Shown here: positions 35,943 through 48,897 of the stretch, one piece after another
Position numbering within the stretch: the stretch's first letter is position 1
How the letters are laid out: every line of letters starts with the position of its first letter
Assembly (NCBI GenBank): GCA_965235115.1
Contig: OZ249453.1
Coordinates: 6,200,001-6,264,000, forward strand
DNA: 64,000 nt
Direction: 5' to 3'
DNA from: Laetmonice hystrix
Lineage: Eukaryota
The notes under the pieces: model-generated
What the model was told of the DNA's origin: nothing
Databases searched by the model: none
Seen by the model: the letters and a program-made list of their open reading frames with translations, nothing else
Position numbers and translations under genes: made by a program

Positions 35943-37884
35943 GTTCTGGCAGGGTTTAGACCAGACCAGGACTGATGGGAGATACTCACATCTTGCTGTG
36001 ATGGACATCTGCCGACGCTTACCTCAAGGAAGATCCTTGGTGCCTCAGGGGTCACAGAGGTCAAACCCAGATGCTCTCCGGCAGCACCCCGCTGTGTCTT
36101 CCTGTTTACCTTTGGTCAGGTTTAGACGCGTTGCCCGCCGACTGTTGTCCAGAGACGAGGTGCTCTGATTCATGCTCAGCTAAATTCACATCTTTGTAGG
36201 AGATTAAATTGCTGGAAAAAATTAGAAAGAGATTATCGCTAAGTACAGGGGGAAATATGGAACTTTGAGTGGTGTTATAATTACAGGAAGATGGTTGGTT
36301 GGGTATTCGGGTTGGACAGAAAGTGTGAGAACATTCTGTAAATGATTATTTTTTCACTAAATGCCTGGTCGGACGATGTTAACAGGTCAGTGGGTTCGGA
36401 TGGGGCCATGGCAGGCGGTGAACATGTGGCTTTCTGTTCGTATTTCAAGCTGGGGTAGATGAGAGGACTGGCCAGCCGGGCCCCCAGCGTGGTGGTGTCC
36501 GGGGAGGGTGTCTAGAGGCGGCGGTGGCGGCTAGACTTGAGTCAACCCGACCGATGAGGCGGAGGAGTGTTAGCGTTGGCTTGCTGTGAATGTCAGACAT
36601 TGGCGCGGTCTCCAGGAGGGGGAGAAGCTCAGGGGTGGAAGAGTTTGTCCGTTTGTAGTTAGAAAATGTACCTGGGGCCTGAACGAAGTGCATGGACTGA
36701 GTGGTCCAGTGTCCGGGTTGAAGTGTGTATAGTTGTATACAGATCTAGTTGTGGCTAGATCTTTCCCAGGAAGACACAACCTGAAGGGGTCAAACTGGAC
36801 CGAACCGGACCGGAGGCTACCTGGTCATACATGGTCGGAAGGCGCTAGCCTTTGATAACAGAAACAGGAAAGGAAAGTATTAAAAAGGTGGCTGTCGGTT
36901 TATAGCAGAAAAAGTGACAGGCTTCGGGGAAAAGGCAGCTGTGATAGAGGGACTGTTAGTAAAACAAAAACTATTGCGATAAAAACATGGACGCCAAGGG
37001 GGGGGGGCAAATATTGGAAGTAGATCAAATGTACCGGGGTCTGACTTGAGAGATGGGGTCTCATTCTCTCAGCAATTATAAAAACCTTAAAAAAAGAGCA
37101 GGGGAGAAAATGAAACAAGACAAATAGTTAGTGTAAGTCGAGGTATGTTTCCACAGTCGTGGGTCCCCGACTTCCTGTAATGACCAGTTAAGTGTCGGAG
37201 TCGATTTCACAGCGTTCTGGTCACAGGAACTCCAAGGGAGTGTGGGCCCAGCGTCCTAAAGACAACAAAATCGTCCATGTAGAAAATACACACACTGGCG
37301 CCCTCTACCGAGATCGAACCAAATACCGAACTGTCAGGATGATCACGTGACCGAGGAGAGAAGTTCATGGCTGACCAGTCCACTGTTACTCAGAGAGTAG
37401 ACGAAGGAGAAACGGGAAACTTAATATGTATACAGTTGTCTAAGTACATAGGGAATCGCCTGAACACGGCATGGGACTGAGTACAGCTAATGTCTGGTCG
37501 GGTATGTAACGGTGGGGTGGAGATAGCCGTGGGGGTGGAAGTGGTGTTTAGATAGACCCCGACAGAAAAAAAAACTACATGTAATGTAACATAAGAGGGT
37601 GATTACCTGGGCTTAATGCGACCAGTCCTGCGTGCAGCACCGACTTTTTGGTTAAATTGGCCCCACACGCCAAAGGCCAAGTGAAAAATCTTTGTTTACA
37701 TTTAAGTTTGTCGAATAAAAAAGATGACCTAATTGAAAATTCGAGTCGTGGAGGTGAAAAAATTGAGGAAGGTGTCGTTTTTACTAATTGTGTTTCCTGT
37801 ACTTTGTCACGTTTCTATGCCAACAGTAAAAGGGCTTGTGTCTTATGGCGTTTGGCTGTCGTATGCTTCAGTGAATAGGGTTAG

Positions 37885-37958
37885 GGGTCCGGCCTGGTCC
37901 GGCTCGGTCCGGCTTGGTCCGGCTCGGTCCGGCTCGGTCCGGCTCGGTCCGGCTTGGT
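37885..37958. repeat. 10-bp tandem repeat
   Basis: ggtccggctc / ggtccggctt, about 7 copies. Confidence 0.8.
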
Positions 37959-38324
37959 CAACGCCGACCGGCGAGGTGAGGTGGGTCCGGTGGGCTCTGG
38001 ACTGCGGACCTTGTTCCTGGCCCTGGTCCCCGCGGTCCGGCAGGTCGAAGCCGGTCATCACCCACCTGCCACCAGAGGTAGTACGTCCGCAGGGTCTGTC
38101 CACCAGGTGGCGCCTCGGGCGGCACAGATAACCCCCAACACCTGAGAGACATCAAGTCATTCTGTGAGGATGTGCCCCAGGGTCAGACTGGCTGAAGGCC
38201 CTTCACACTACTCTTTTATTGTTTTGATGCCTGTTTGAGAAATGGTATAAGAGTTGGGGTAGTAGGGAGTCCTTAGGTTTTATGTAAATATCTCCAAAAA
38301 TAAGGCACATGGGTTAGAGCCGGA

Positions 38325-38586
38325 ATGAGCTGCACATTGGGCAGAGCTTGAATGAGCTGCATATTTGGCAGAACTTGAATGAGCTGCACATTCGGCAAAG
38401 CTCAGTGAGCTTCGCATTGGGCAGAGCTGGAATGAGCTGCACATTAGGCAGAGCTCAATGAGCTTCACATTGGGCAGAGATCACTGAGCTGCACATTGGG
38501 CAGAGATCACTGAGCTGCACATTGGGCAGAGATCAATGAGCTGCACATTGGGCAGAGCTCAATGAGCTGCACATTGGGCAGAGCTC
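38325..38586. repeat. 26-bp minisatellite
   Basis: tgagctgcacattgggcagagctcaa, about 10 copies. Confidence 0.88.
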
Positions 38587-41500
38587 GAGAAGCTTGCCAT
38601 ACATTATGAATGACCTGCACTTGGAGAGATTTAGCCAGTTTGTTGTGAAGAATGGCACAGTTCTGAATGTATCCATATTTCATATTTCCCCAAACAAACA
38701 AAAGAACCAAGACGCCCTCAAGCCTAGAGTAGGTGTGCCCAGATATGTTGGCAGGTGGGACCTGCGGCAGGGACAACAGGAGGTTGTGTGTGAACCAGGG
38801 ACCAGGCCTCCTGGGGGCAGGCGTTTGCCTCACCTGAATTAAAAACAAAAAAGGTCCAAGATGTAGGGCGGCCAAGGTCCTCAGGGTCTGGTATCGCCGG
38901 CCCACTGATTCTGGGACAGTAATAAGGTCAGTGGCTACAGGGGTGAAACTTCCACCCCCAAGGGGCATTACCCTCGGGGGTGTGGTGACAGGAAAGGGGT
39001 GGCTGCCCTCACAGTGGGGTAACATACCCCAGGATGATCGGTGCACGATACAGGCGTCTGGAACTTTGACAGGTTAGAGAAATCTTTTTTTTCTTATTTG
39101 TGTTTTTATTGTACGGAGAAGTAGGCCGATTATATTAGATTGTAAGGTCGGAGAGTCCAGCGATAGGGACCCATCCATTGGCCCGTTATCTCTCCACGGA
39201 CCCCTTGGTTAGTGACGTCACACCCCACAGTGCTGACTTGAAACGACAGGGTTGAGTTATGGAGTATGTTGTCGACTCGCGCCAGATTAAATACGGTATT
39301 GTACGAACACAAAGACCCGCTCCTGTCGAGTCAGGTCCAAGTCTTTGTGCTCTGGCAGTGACAGCGGGACCTTATCACAGACCTGAAGACATCTTTAAAA
39401 GGCACCCACAAAGAGCACAATATATAACCTGAAAAAAATGCTTTGGTTGTCAACACTTGGAGGACGTCAGAGATTTTACCAAAATAAACACCAGGAGACG
39501 ATAAGGTCGTTGAGGTGCACCCCCTTTACATTGCCTCCTTAGACAGATCCGTGTTTGCACAGATTTCCTACAGCGTCTGCCCAGGAGGTTAGCTGAGAGC
39601 AAAGGGAAAGTTGCTATGTCGGTCTGCTAATTGGAAGCACCGCGCCACAAGTCAGTACTCGAGTATTTTCATGATTACCATATTTGGTACTCGCTGTCCC
39701 ACTGACAGCTGTATTCAGTTTGACTGGAAAGTGTCCACAAGTTAAACCAATACAATATAGGCCTATGGATCCTTAACCCTCCCTTAACTTGTATCACCAC
39801 AGAATGTATCAGTGTTCTGCGTGTTTGGAGCTCCATAATGGGGCGGTGTTAATTTTAATCTGGGCGACCGCCCTGAGCCCAGACCGCCAAACCGACAACG
39901 ACTCGCGTTTCATGTCGGGAGGAATCAGTTTTCATAGCCGGGTAAAAGTTGGACAAAATTTAGTCGCGCCCTCTGCTGGTGCAAATTGAAGGTGGAGTTT
40001 TAGAACGAGCCCTGTGGTCTGGATGTAATGAGAACCAGACCGAGGCTGTAGGGGACGTAATGAGGACCAGATCGAGGCTGGGCAGAACGCAGTCAGTGCC
40101 ATCTGACGGCTGCTGCGGGCAACGCCGGGTAAAACGAAACGCGTTTTGAGCTGAGCATGCGTGTTACAGCAAACTGTAGCAGACAGCCAAGACAATGATG
40201 ACAATGATGATGATGATGATGAGAGTAGCATGCTACAAAAAGGCCCGCATGCTGCCAATCATCTGGTTACGTATAGCAATCTGTCGAGACGTTGCTAGTC
40301 TCACAGCCCGCCATGGTTGGCAGGTTATGTTCGCATGTTTTTCTCTCCCCATTAACGTCAATCACGTGAAACCACTCTGTGCGACGTCAGGGGGCGTGGC
40401 TCCCGGTCGCCAAGGTGACAGGTCCGTCAAAGACGTTTGATTGATGGAGGGGCCAGTGGCTGGTCAACGACCAGGAATATGTCGTGATCAGTAGCCCGTT
40501 GTTTCTGCTGACCACGCCCCCAGCTACTGACTGGGTCACGCACAGAGATACTCTATACCACATTAGGAGAACCCATACTTTGGTAGTGGTCAATCACTCA
40601 TATATCGTATATGGGGTCAATATATTGACAGTTTTTTCCATGGCAACCAGTTCTAAGTGGAAGTACGCACAAAGGCACTCAGTACACAACACAATTATGA
40701 TGTCAGGCTACCTGTAACTGTATAAATATAGCTTTGACTTGTAGAGAATTGTAGCATTCCATGGCATGCAAAATATCATTGGCTCACCTGTCTGGGTACC
40801 AGATATCTGATAGGTGGTATGGCTTACACAGGTCAGCAAACATTTCATAGGTCGGTGGACACTTAGGTATATTAGATTAGGTAATCAGGCGACTCAGAGA
40901 AAATGATGATGAATCAGGCCAGGACAATAAGGACAGATGTGACTACAGGATATGGCTGGCGGTATGTGACAGGCGACACATAGGATGGTTTTCATCAAGT
41001 TTTTCCTTCACGTGCCTACATATTTTCTCCCCTTTAAAAGCCCGATTTAAGAGGTCAGTGGTGGAAAGGTGGCAGATGTCGGGGTCGGGTGATTAATGAG
41101 CTCAGGGGCCCAGCCAGACAGGGAAATCTTTGGTCTTTTATGTGAGTGCGACCAGACAAATTAGATCAGGGCCGGCCATGGAATCCGGAGTATGGTATTA
41201 ATATTGATTATGATGTCGGGAATGTACAACGGTAAAATAGACCTCAGAGATGGTGATGGAGTCGGCCGGCAGAGGGCACCACCGCTGTCTTTGATCACGG
41301 AAGAACACGGTGGATTCCCAGAGGTCAAACTCGGGGTCAAATGTTTGCCGACCCAAGGTGATTTAGCAGGGGAGCCTGTCAAAGACAAGGCCAGCTCCGA
41401 GCGTCCGTGCTGCCAGGCTAGCGTCTCGAAGGATTCCAAAACGAGGTCAGATAACTTGGTTTGGTGCGACATACATGGATCGGGTAAGGGGACTAGGACT

Positions 41501-41681
41501 CGGACCGATAGGTGGCGCTGAGGGTGGGGCCGTCGATGACGTTTGACGGACGTGACGTGGCTGACGTGCCGCGCGTGTAGAACGTGTTAGAATCACGTGA
41601 CCAAGAATGTGGGGAATGTGCCGTGACATTGAATACAAACTTGAGAACATTCTAGAAGATCAACTCCGACAAGGAGACGAA

Positions 41682-41741
41682 GGAGGAGGAGGTGGAGGAG
41701 GTGGAGGAAGAGGAGGAGGAGGAGCTTGAGCTTGAGCTTGT
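41682..41741. repeat. (GAG)n microsatellite followed by (CTTGAG)n
   Basis: ggaggaggaggtggaggag...gagcttgagcttgagctt. Confidence 0.75.
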
Positions 41742-42477
41742 GACTTGTTATTCTCAGGGCGATGAACAGAGAAACCTGAAAAATCTTCATGTAAAAAAGA
41801 ACCTTACCAAAACTATCCCAAATTCTTTGAATCAACAAACTACAAAAATGCGGACTATGTCAGAATATGGTGACTGCTTCAACCAATCTGATTTCAAATC
41901 AATCGTTTTCCCCTAAATGAGGTTGTGAGGGTTGAATGGATTTATTTTGGCTAGGAGATTCTAGTTCAGTTATGATAAATGAGTACCATTTAATAGTATT
42001 TGTTGGATTGTGTGCCGCCAAAGGCCGCCATCATTTCATTTAATGGCTGCGACCAGCTGTGCTTGGCTCCTGTCTGAGATTGGTGTATTTTGAGAGACAA
42101 CATGTTTGGGTGGTATTAGGCCAAGCCGACTGACAGGCCAACTGACCATCGTGACCAGGGGACAGAGGGCACTGACCCCCACCCGGGGTGAGAGGTCGGG
42201 GAGATTTAAGAGGGTCAGGGGTAGATAATCTTACCCTCTCGAGGGTGAAGGGTCGTTTGACAGGGGGTAAGTGTTTGAGGTTTTTCTCTGAGGGTAGGTG
42301 TCTCGGAGCAGATGCTCACGAACAAAAACCCGAACTGTAGCCGGCCAGTCTTCAACCCAGGAGCTCGAGTCCTGCCCTTTGATTGGTCAATTATGGGCTC
42401 AAGTGTTTGCGGGACCCTGAGGCTGTCCTTAGGTTTATACAGTGATGGCCTGGAGTGTGTCATCCCCATTTACTGGA

Positions 42478-43305
42478 GGATCACCAGTTACCCAGTGCCC
42501 TTCTCCTGTCTACCCAGTTATCACCAGTTACCCAGTCTCCTGACTACCCAGTTATCACCAGTTACCCAGTCTCCTGTTTACCCAGTTATCACCATTTACC
42601 CAGTCTCCTGACTACCCAGTTATCACCAGTTACCCAGTCTCCTATCTACCCAGTTATCACCAGTTACCCAGTCTCCTGTCTACCCAGTTATCACCAGTTA
42701 CCCAGTCTCCTATCTACCCAGTTATCACCAGTTACCCAGTCTCCTATCTACCCAGTTATCACCAGTTACCCAGTGCCCTTCTCCTGTCTACCCACTTATT
42801 ACCAGTTACCCAGTCTCCTGACTACCCAGTTATCATCAGTTACCCAGTCTCCTGACTACCCAGTTATCACCAGTTACCCAGTCTCCTATCTACCCAGTTA
42901 TCACCAGTTACCCAGTCTCCTGACTACCCAGTTATCATCAGTTACCCAGTCTCCTGACTACCCAGTTATCACCAGTTACCCAGTCTCCTATCTACCCAGT
43001 TATCACCAGTTACCCAGTGCCCTTCTCCTGTCTACCCACTTATTACCAGTTACCCAGTCTCCTATCTCCCCAGTTATCACCAGTTACCCAGTCTCCTGAC
43101 TACCCAGTTATCACCAGTTACCCAGTGCCCTTATCCTGGCTATCCAGTTATCACCAGTTACCCAGTATCCTATTTACCCAGTTATCACCAGTTACCCAGT
43201 CTCCTGACTACCCAGTTATCACCAGTTACCCAGTCTCCTGACTACCCAGTTATCACCAGTTACCCAGTCTCCTGACTACCCAGTTACCACCAGTTACCCA
43301 GTCTC
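42478..43305. repeat. 34-bp minisatellite with 45-bp variant units
   Basis: ccagttatcaccagttacccagtctcctgactac, over 20 copies; explains the 214-aa ORF at 42455. Confidence 0.92.
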
Positions 43306-43345
43306 CAGGCAGTAATTAATGTGTGTAGACTGATAACTGTGTAGA

Positions 43346-43678
43346 TGTATTGAATCCCAATGAGTGTTATCTCATGTCCATGACGTCCTGCTATGTCTTC
43401 AGTCTGTGCGTGATCCCGGATCATCAGACACAGGTCTGAGACTGACATGATAACTACATACATGTATTGAATCCCAATGAGTGTTATCTCATGTCCATGA
43501 CGTCCTGCTATGTCTTCAGTCTGTGTCTGTCCCCGGATCATCAGACACAGGTCTGAGACTGACATGATAACTACATAATGTATTGAATCCTAGTGAGTGT
43601 TATCTCATGTCCATGACGTCCTGCTATGAGAGTCTTCAGTCTGTGTCTGTCCCCGGATCATCAGACACAGGTCTGAGA
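43346..43678. repeat. 117-bp tandem repeat x~3
   Basis: tgtattgaatcccaatgagtgttatctcatgtccatgacgtcctgc... starts at 43346, 43463 and 43579. Confidence 0.88.
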
Positions 43679-45989
43679 GATGAGAGAGAGGTAGGATAAC
43701 TGAGGATAACACAGTCAGATAGGGTTGGAATGAGGAGAGAGAATGATACGGTGTGGGAGGGGGGGGGCTGAGAGACCCCCCCCCCCCTCCTCCGTACCGG
43801 CAGGTGAGGAAGTAATGATCTCTGATGGAGACTGATTGGATTCGTGTGGTACCTGTAATTGTCACACCTGGCCAGGTGAGGTCTCGATCACGTCATTATG
43901 ATGAAAGGGATCGACGTCCTCAGGTGTATACGACGGCCTCTGGGGGCTGGAGGTGGGTGGGCTGACCCTGGAGGTGTGCCTGGAGAGGGGCGGGGACAGG
44001 AGGAAAGGGATGTTGGTGATTACTGGCTGGAATCTGGGACTAAGATCAAACGGCACTGAATGACGTGGATCACCGGCTCCGGGCTGGACGGACTGTGGGT
44101 TGGAAGAGGGAATCGGAAACTATGAACGAGAGAAGGGAAGAAGAAAAGAGAGAGAAAGAAATTGTTGTCTTCTCTCGATCTGTTGAGTGATAACGTTATG
44201 GTCCGGCGAACCCGGATGTCAAGTTTCTCTGATCTCTCATCATTCATTCTGTGGCATCCACTTCTCGTTTTGTGGCATCGACATGTAATTTTGTGGCATT
44301 TAGAGGAGTGCAGCAACGTCTTGCAGTAATTACTATCCGTTTCCCCCAGAATGTCTAGAAGATAAGAAATGGCGGGTACCTTTGCTGATTTTAGGATAAC
44401 AGGAATAGCGACATGCCGATACCGTGAGGGTAAGTCCACCCACCCCCTGCCCTCAACCCCCCTACCCCCCCCCCCCCATACATACACACCCTGTCAGTCC
44501 TCACCTACTACATCACCCTAACATGGATGTCCATCACTGAGGGCCACAAAGGATGTCGGTGGCGCCACACAGTGGACGGTTTGTACACTATGACCCATTT
44601 TGTGGACGTTCTAACTTTGACCGGGACAGGCCGTCCATCAGGGGTGATTGTGGTTGGGGGGGGGGGGGCAGCCCCACTGTGGGGCCCTGGGAGGTACCGT
44701 TGTTATGGAAACCGGATTGTTTAGGGAATTCGCTGCCCAGGTCAGACGTGTTTTGTATCACAATATGACCTGGAGAACGATTGCTTTGAGTCGACCTTAT
44801 TGTTACTTTATCTCAGGCACTCTATGTCTCTAGGTTTGGTTGGCCAAGTAAAAACTCCATGGCTTTTCCTTTTTACGAGGGTGTTGGAGTAATAATTGTG
44901 GTAGGGTACAGGCAGTCATTGCCGGAAGTAGGGTTAGGATTGTGATCAGGCCCCAATCACTCCAGGGTTTCGACCACCTCCAGAGTGGCATTTAACCCTT
45001 GTAAACCTGGTTTAGTTAACCGTAGTGAAGCTGGTTTAGTTATCCCTAATATACCTGGTTTAGTTAACCCTAGTGAACCTGGTTAGTACCCCTAGTACAC
45101 TTGGTTTTGTTAACCATTGTAACAAACCTTGTATTATTCTGCAGCCTCCCAGCACTGCCTGTTGTCTGTGGATGTTGGCTGGGGTGGGCTGAGACGTGAG
45201 GGGTGGGGGTGATGTACCCGGCGACCCCAGGGTGTGGGGTTGAGGGGTGACCGTGGATATTGTCCACCTGGTACACCTGGCTGCACAGGTAAAGATCAAA
45301 AGCCAGGGCTGGGGTAGAAAGGGTAGAAAAGAACAGACGTTAAGATGAAGGCCTCTCTCAGCGCACGCCATCCCCTTGGCTCAACCCCCCTCTCACTGCC
45401 ACCCCAAACTACCTTACCCCACCCCACCTCTGTCATTGTACCGGTGGGAGCAAGGTCTTCTGTGGCGACCTCACTCGGCGAGTACACGTACCAATCATCA
45501 GTGCACCAACCAATCATTTGTGTTCAAGAATGTGCCAACCAATCGTTGGTTTTTGTTTAGGTGACGAGGCGTACATGTATGTGAGGGGAAACATTTTTGT
45601 CTTGCTGTTTCAGGTTTATGGCTCGCGACCATGAAAAAGATAATTTGTTGATCATTAGACATATGGTGCGAGAGAAAATTGAGGCCGTAGATCTTAAAAG
45701 CTGAGATAAACACAGAGAGAAAAGATTTTGTAAAAATAATGAAAAGAACACTTGTAGTCAGGATAGATAAGTGTTGTGTCTTTCTAACTCTCAGCATGTT
45801 TTGGCTGTCAAATAAAAACAAGTCGACAATGGTTAGGACTGTTGGTCGTATACGGAGTTAGGTCACCATTGGGTAGATTGTCTTGGGGGGACCATATCAA
45901 AAAAATCAAAACACCATTGGAAACACTGAATGATAACGGTGGGTTAATAAAATATAGTGGAATCGCTTGTGAATTGATGGGGGGGGGGG

Positions 45990-46452
45990 ACTTGTGAGGT
46001 ATTGTGACCTCGGAATACGTGATGGAGTGACTTGTGAGGTGTTGTGACGTCACAATTAGTGATGGTGGGACTTGCCAGGTATTGTGACGTCAGAATTTGG
46101 TGATGGAGATACTTGTGACATATTGTGACGTCAGAATACGTGATGGAGGGATTTGTGAGGTATTGTGACGCCAGAATTTGGTGATGGAGGGACTTGTGAC
46201 ATAGTGGGACGTCAGAATACGTGATGGAGGGACTTGTGAGATATTGTGACGCCAGAATTTGGTGATGGAGGGACTTGTGACATATTGTGACGTCAGAATA
46301 CGTGATGGAGGGACTTGTGAGGTATTGTGACGCCAGAATTGGTGATGGAGGGACTTGTGACATATTGTGACGTCAGAATACGTGATGGAGGGACTTATGA
46401 GGTATTGTGACGCCAGAATTGGTGATGGAGGGACCTGTGACGTATTGTGACG
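45990..46452. repeat. ~40-bp minisatellite arranged as an ~80-81-bp dimeric higher-order repeat
   Basis: Alternating gtgatggagggacttgtgaggtattgtgacgccagaatttg and gtgatggagggacttgtgacatattgtgacgtcagaatac units. Confidence 0.88.
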
Positions 46453-47459
46453 TGTTTGTTGATAGAAGTCTGAGAACATTCTTGATGGGAAGTCCTATAC
46501 ATGTAAAAGCCGTGGGTAAAGACGCTGTTTAGAGGTCTGCCCCCTCCAGGCTCACTCGCTAGTCACTGCCACTGAGCCTATCACCGGATTACCTGCATAC
46601 CTTTAGGATTTGATGTCCCCATTCACCCGCTCAAAGATAAATTTCTTCCGCAATGAATAATGCATTTGAAAAAAAATTGAAAATCCCCAATGGTGCACCG
46701 TAGATAGAACCTGTAACAATTTGCCGCTAGAGGGTGTTTGTCTAGGTTAGGTATGTGACAGGGACAGGTAACGACCGTCGTGACGGCATATAAAGGATTT
46801 CATTGAGCTTGTTTACCTGGGTGGAGATAACTAATTATACTCTCGACAAAAACATGAACTAAAAAATAATCTTGCTCATGGCGGTATCCTTGGTAGTTAG
46901 CATCGGTGGGTTCGGGAGGGGGGGTGGGGGGTGGGGTGGGGGTAGGGGTGGGGGCCGGATGAGGTCGCTTCTCTGGGGCACACATTTATACAGACAGTAT
47001 ATGACATGCCCATACATAATGTCAAGGACCCTCTGTCCTCTGAATTTTGTTTGTTTTGAAAAGGTGAACGAAGAGTTTTTTGGCGGTTAAAGTTCAGAAC
47101 TCCTGGTAGAAAGGGAGAAAATATTCATGTCTGTCCATCCGTTCATTTGTATTTGAGAACGCTGAAGCCGGAAGCGTTATGCGAAAGTAGCGATTGTAAA
47201 TCCACAAGGTCAGTGGTGGATGGTCAAGATGGCCGGTAGATACACGTATCTAACATTGTCCTTGGGGCTTTGTGTTGGCCCTGGGGTGACGAATTATAGG
47301 TCGATTTCTCGGACAGTTTGACACGTTGCTGTGGCATGGTGAGGCTGAGCAATATGTATCGCAGGACAAGGGTGTAAGGTCGGGGACGGGTGGGGGGATG
47401 TTGTCATGGACTGCGACGTCACCGTTGGTGTTACGGTTGGTACGCCGCCATGTTGGTGC

Positions 47460-47492
47460 AGTGCCCTCTGCTGGTGAAGCGCCCTCTGGTGG
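47460..47492 (-). promoter_or_regulatory. Tandem CTCF-like motifs ~410 bp upstream of the large Eph exon
   Basis: Reverse complements CCAGCAGAGGGCACT (47460-47474) and CCACCAGAGGGCGCT (47478-47492). Confidence 0.5.
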
Positions 47493-47903
47493 CCAAGAGG
47501 GGCGTCCCGTTCATCAGGCCAGCACGGTCTCAGGGGCTCTCCTCCATGCTGCCCGAAATTAAATTAGATTGGGTCGGGCCCGGTGGGGGCGCTGGGGGTG
47601 GGAGGACTGGGGGGTGGGGTGGAATCAGCTGGCCCGGGAAGAGGTAAAAACCTGCGTGTTGGTGGAAATAATAGCACAGGAATAGGACAGGAACGAGAGA
47701 GGCGGCCACTGCAAGAGAATTAAATATACAAAATACAATTGACTCTCTCAGACACCTTTGACAAATTTATCACACAGGATAATACTGTAGGCCGAATTCA
47801 TATAATACATCATTTATAAAGCCGTTCTCTATGTACAAAAAGAAAAACTGGATGTAATATTATTCTGTGTCGCCGACTAAGTTGTCTGTTTTGTATGTTT
47901 CAG

Positions 47904-48576
47904 TGGCGAGAAACAAGTTACAATCTTGACGATGGATCGCCCTCGCGGATATATACAGTGTGTAATGTGGACATTCAGGGTGTTGATAACTGGTTACGGA
48001 CTCCTTACATAGCCAGAGGTAACGCCAACAGGCTCTGGATCGAAATACGATTCACAATGCGCAAATGCAACGAGTACCCCGACCCACAGCAGCTACAGCA
48101 GTGCAAGGAGTCGTTTAAACTGCTGTATTACGAAGCCGAGTCGGACTTCGCTAACGCCATGATGCCGACTTGGGATACAAAGACGTATAGTCACGTTGAC
48201 GTCATAGCAGCCGATCAGACGTTCGACAACCCCAGTCATCCCGTCGTCAACACGGAGATTCGCAGCGTCGAGATCTCGCGACATCTCGGAGTATATTTCG
48301 CGTTCCACGACCAGGGGGCGTGCACGGCGGTGTTGTCGTTGCGGATCTACTACATTATGTGTCCCACTGTGACGTTGAACTTTGCCGTTTTTCCCAACAC
48401 GACGGCTGGACCAAACCTTGTGTCTATAATACAGACGGAGGGGCAGTGTGTTAGTCACGCCGCCATTGAGAAACGACCGTCTTTCCTGTGTAAGGCGGAC
48501 GGGACCTGGAACTACCCTACAGGAGGATGCAAGTGCATGCCGGGATACGAGCCCTATGAGGACAAGAAATGTACCG
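47904..48576 (+). CDS. Eph: Eph receptor tyrosine kinase, large exon encoding most of the ephrin-binding domain and start of the Cys-rich (sushi-like) region; 673 nt, phase 0 to phase 1
   Basis: Translation WRETSY...YTVCNV...DNWLRTPYI...IEIRFTMRKC...CKESFKLLYYE...VYFAFHDQGACTAVLSLRIYYIMCP...FAVFPNT...EGQCV...CKADGTW...GGCKCMPGYE...C matches Eph family hallmarks. Acceptor ttttgtatgtttcAG ends at 47903 and donor G|GTAAGT starts at 48577. Size and phases resemble vertebrate Eph exon 3. Confidence 0.97.
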
Positions 48577-48705
48577 GTAAGTTGTATTATCTATACCGTA
48601 TTCTGTGACCTAAGCCAACTTACCTAACCCTGTCCTGTGACCTGTCATTGCCATTTATTCGCAGGTGGATTTCCTGAACAATCTGAGAAGTTTCAATGAT
48701 ATAAA

Positions 48706-48897
48706 TATGGTATGTGAGATAAATATGGTATGTGAGATAAATATGGTATGTGAGATTCTCTCCTTTAGCATTGGTATTTCAGGCACATCGGTGATTGCAT
48801 ATTTAGGAACTTGTCTGGCTACAGGAGTTTTCGAGATACCGATGTTCTGCACCGTGCCGACCTTGGTCTAACCTTGGTCTAACCTTGGTCTAACCTG
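48706..48897. repeat. Short tandem repeats just downstream of the Eph exon (18-bp x3, 11-bp x3-4)
   Basis: gagataaatatggtatgt and ccttggtctaa units. Confidence 0.7.

Larger units (their letters stand above)
3358..47903 (+). other. 44,546-nt GT-AG phase-0 intron of the Eph gene
   Basis: Bounded by GTAAGT (3358) and TTTCAG (47903); flanking exons join in frame as ...TKVG|WRET... Confidence 0.88.

Noticed and set aside
42455-43565. 214-aa ORF and neighbours
   Set aside because: Translations of the 34-bp and 117-bp repeats.
47895-47903. ATG start of the 237-aa ORF and its C-terminal KLYYLYRIL
   Set aside because: Both lie in intronic sequence outside the splice sites; the real exon is 47904-48576.
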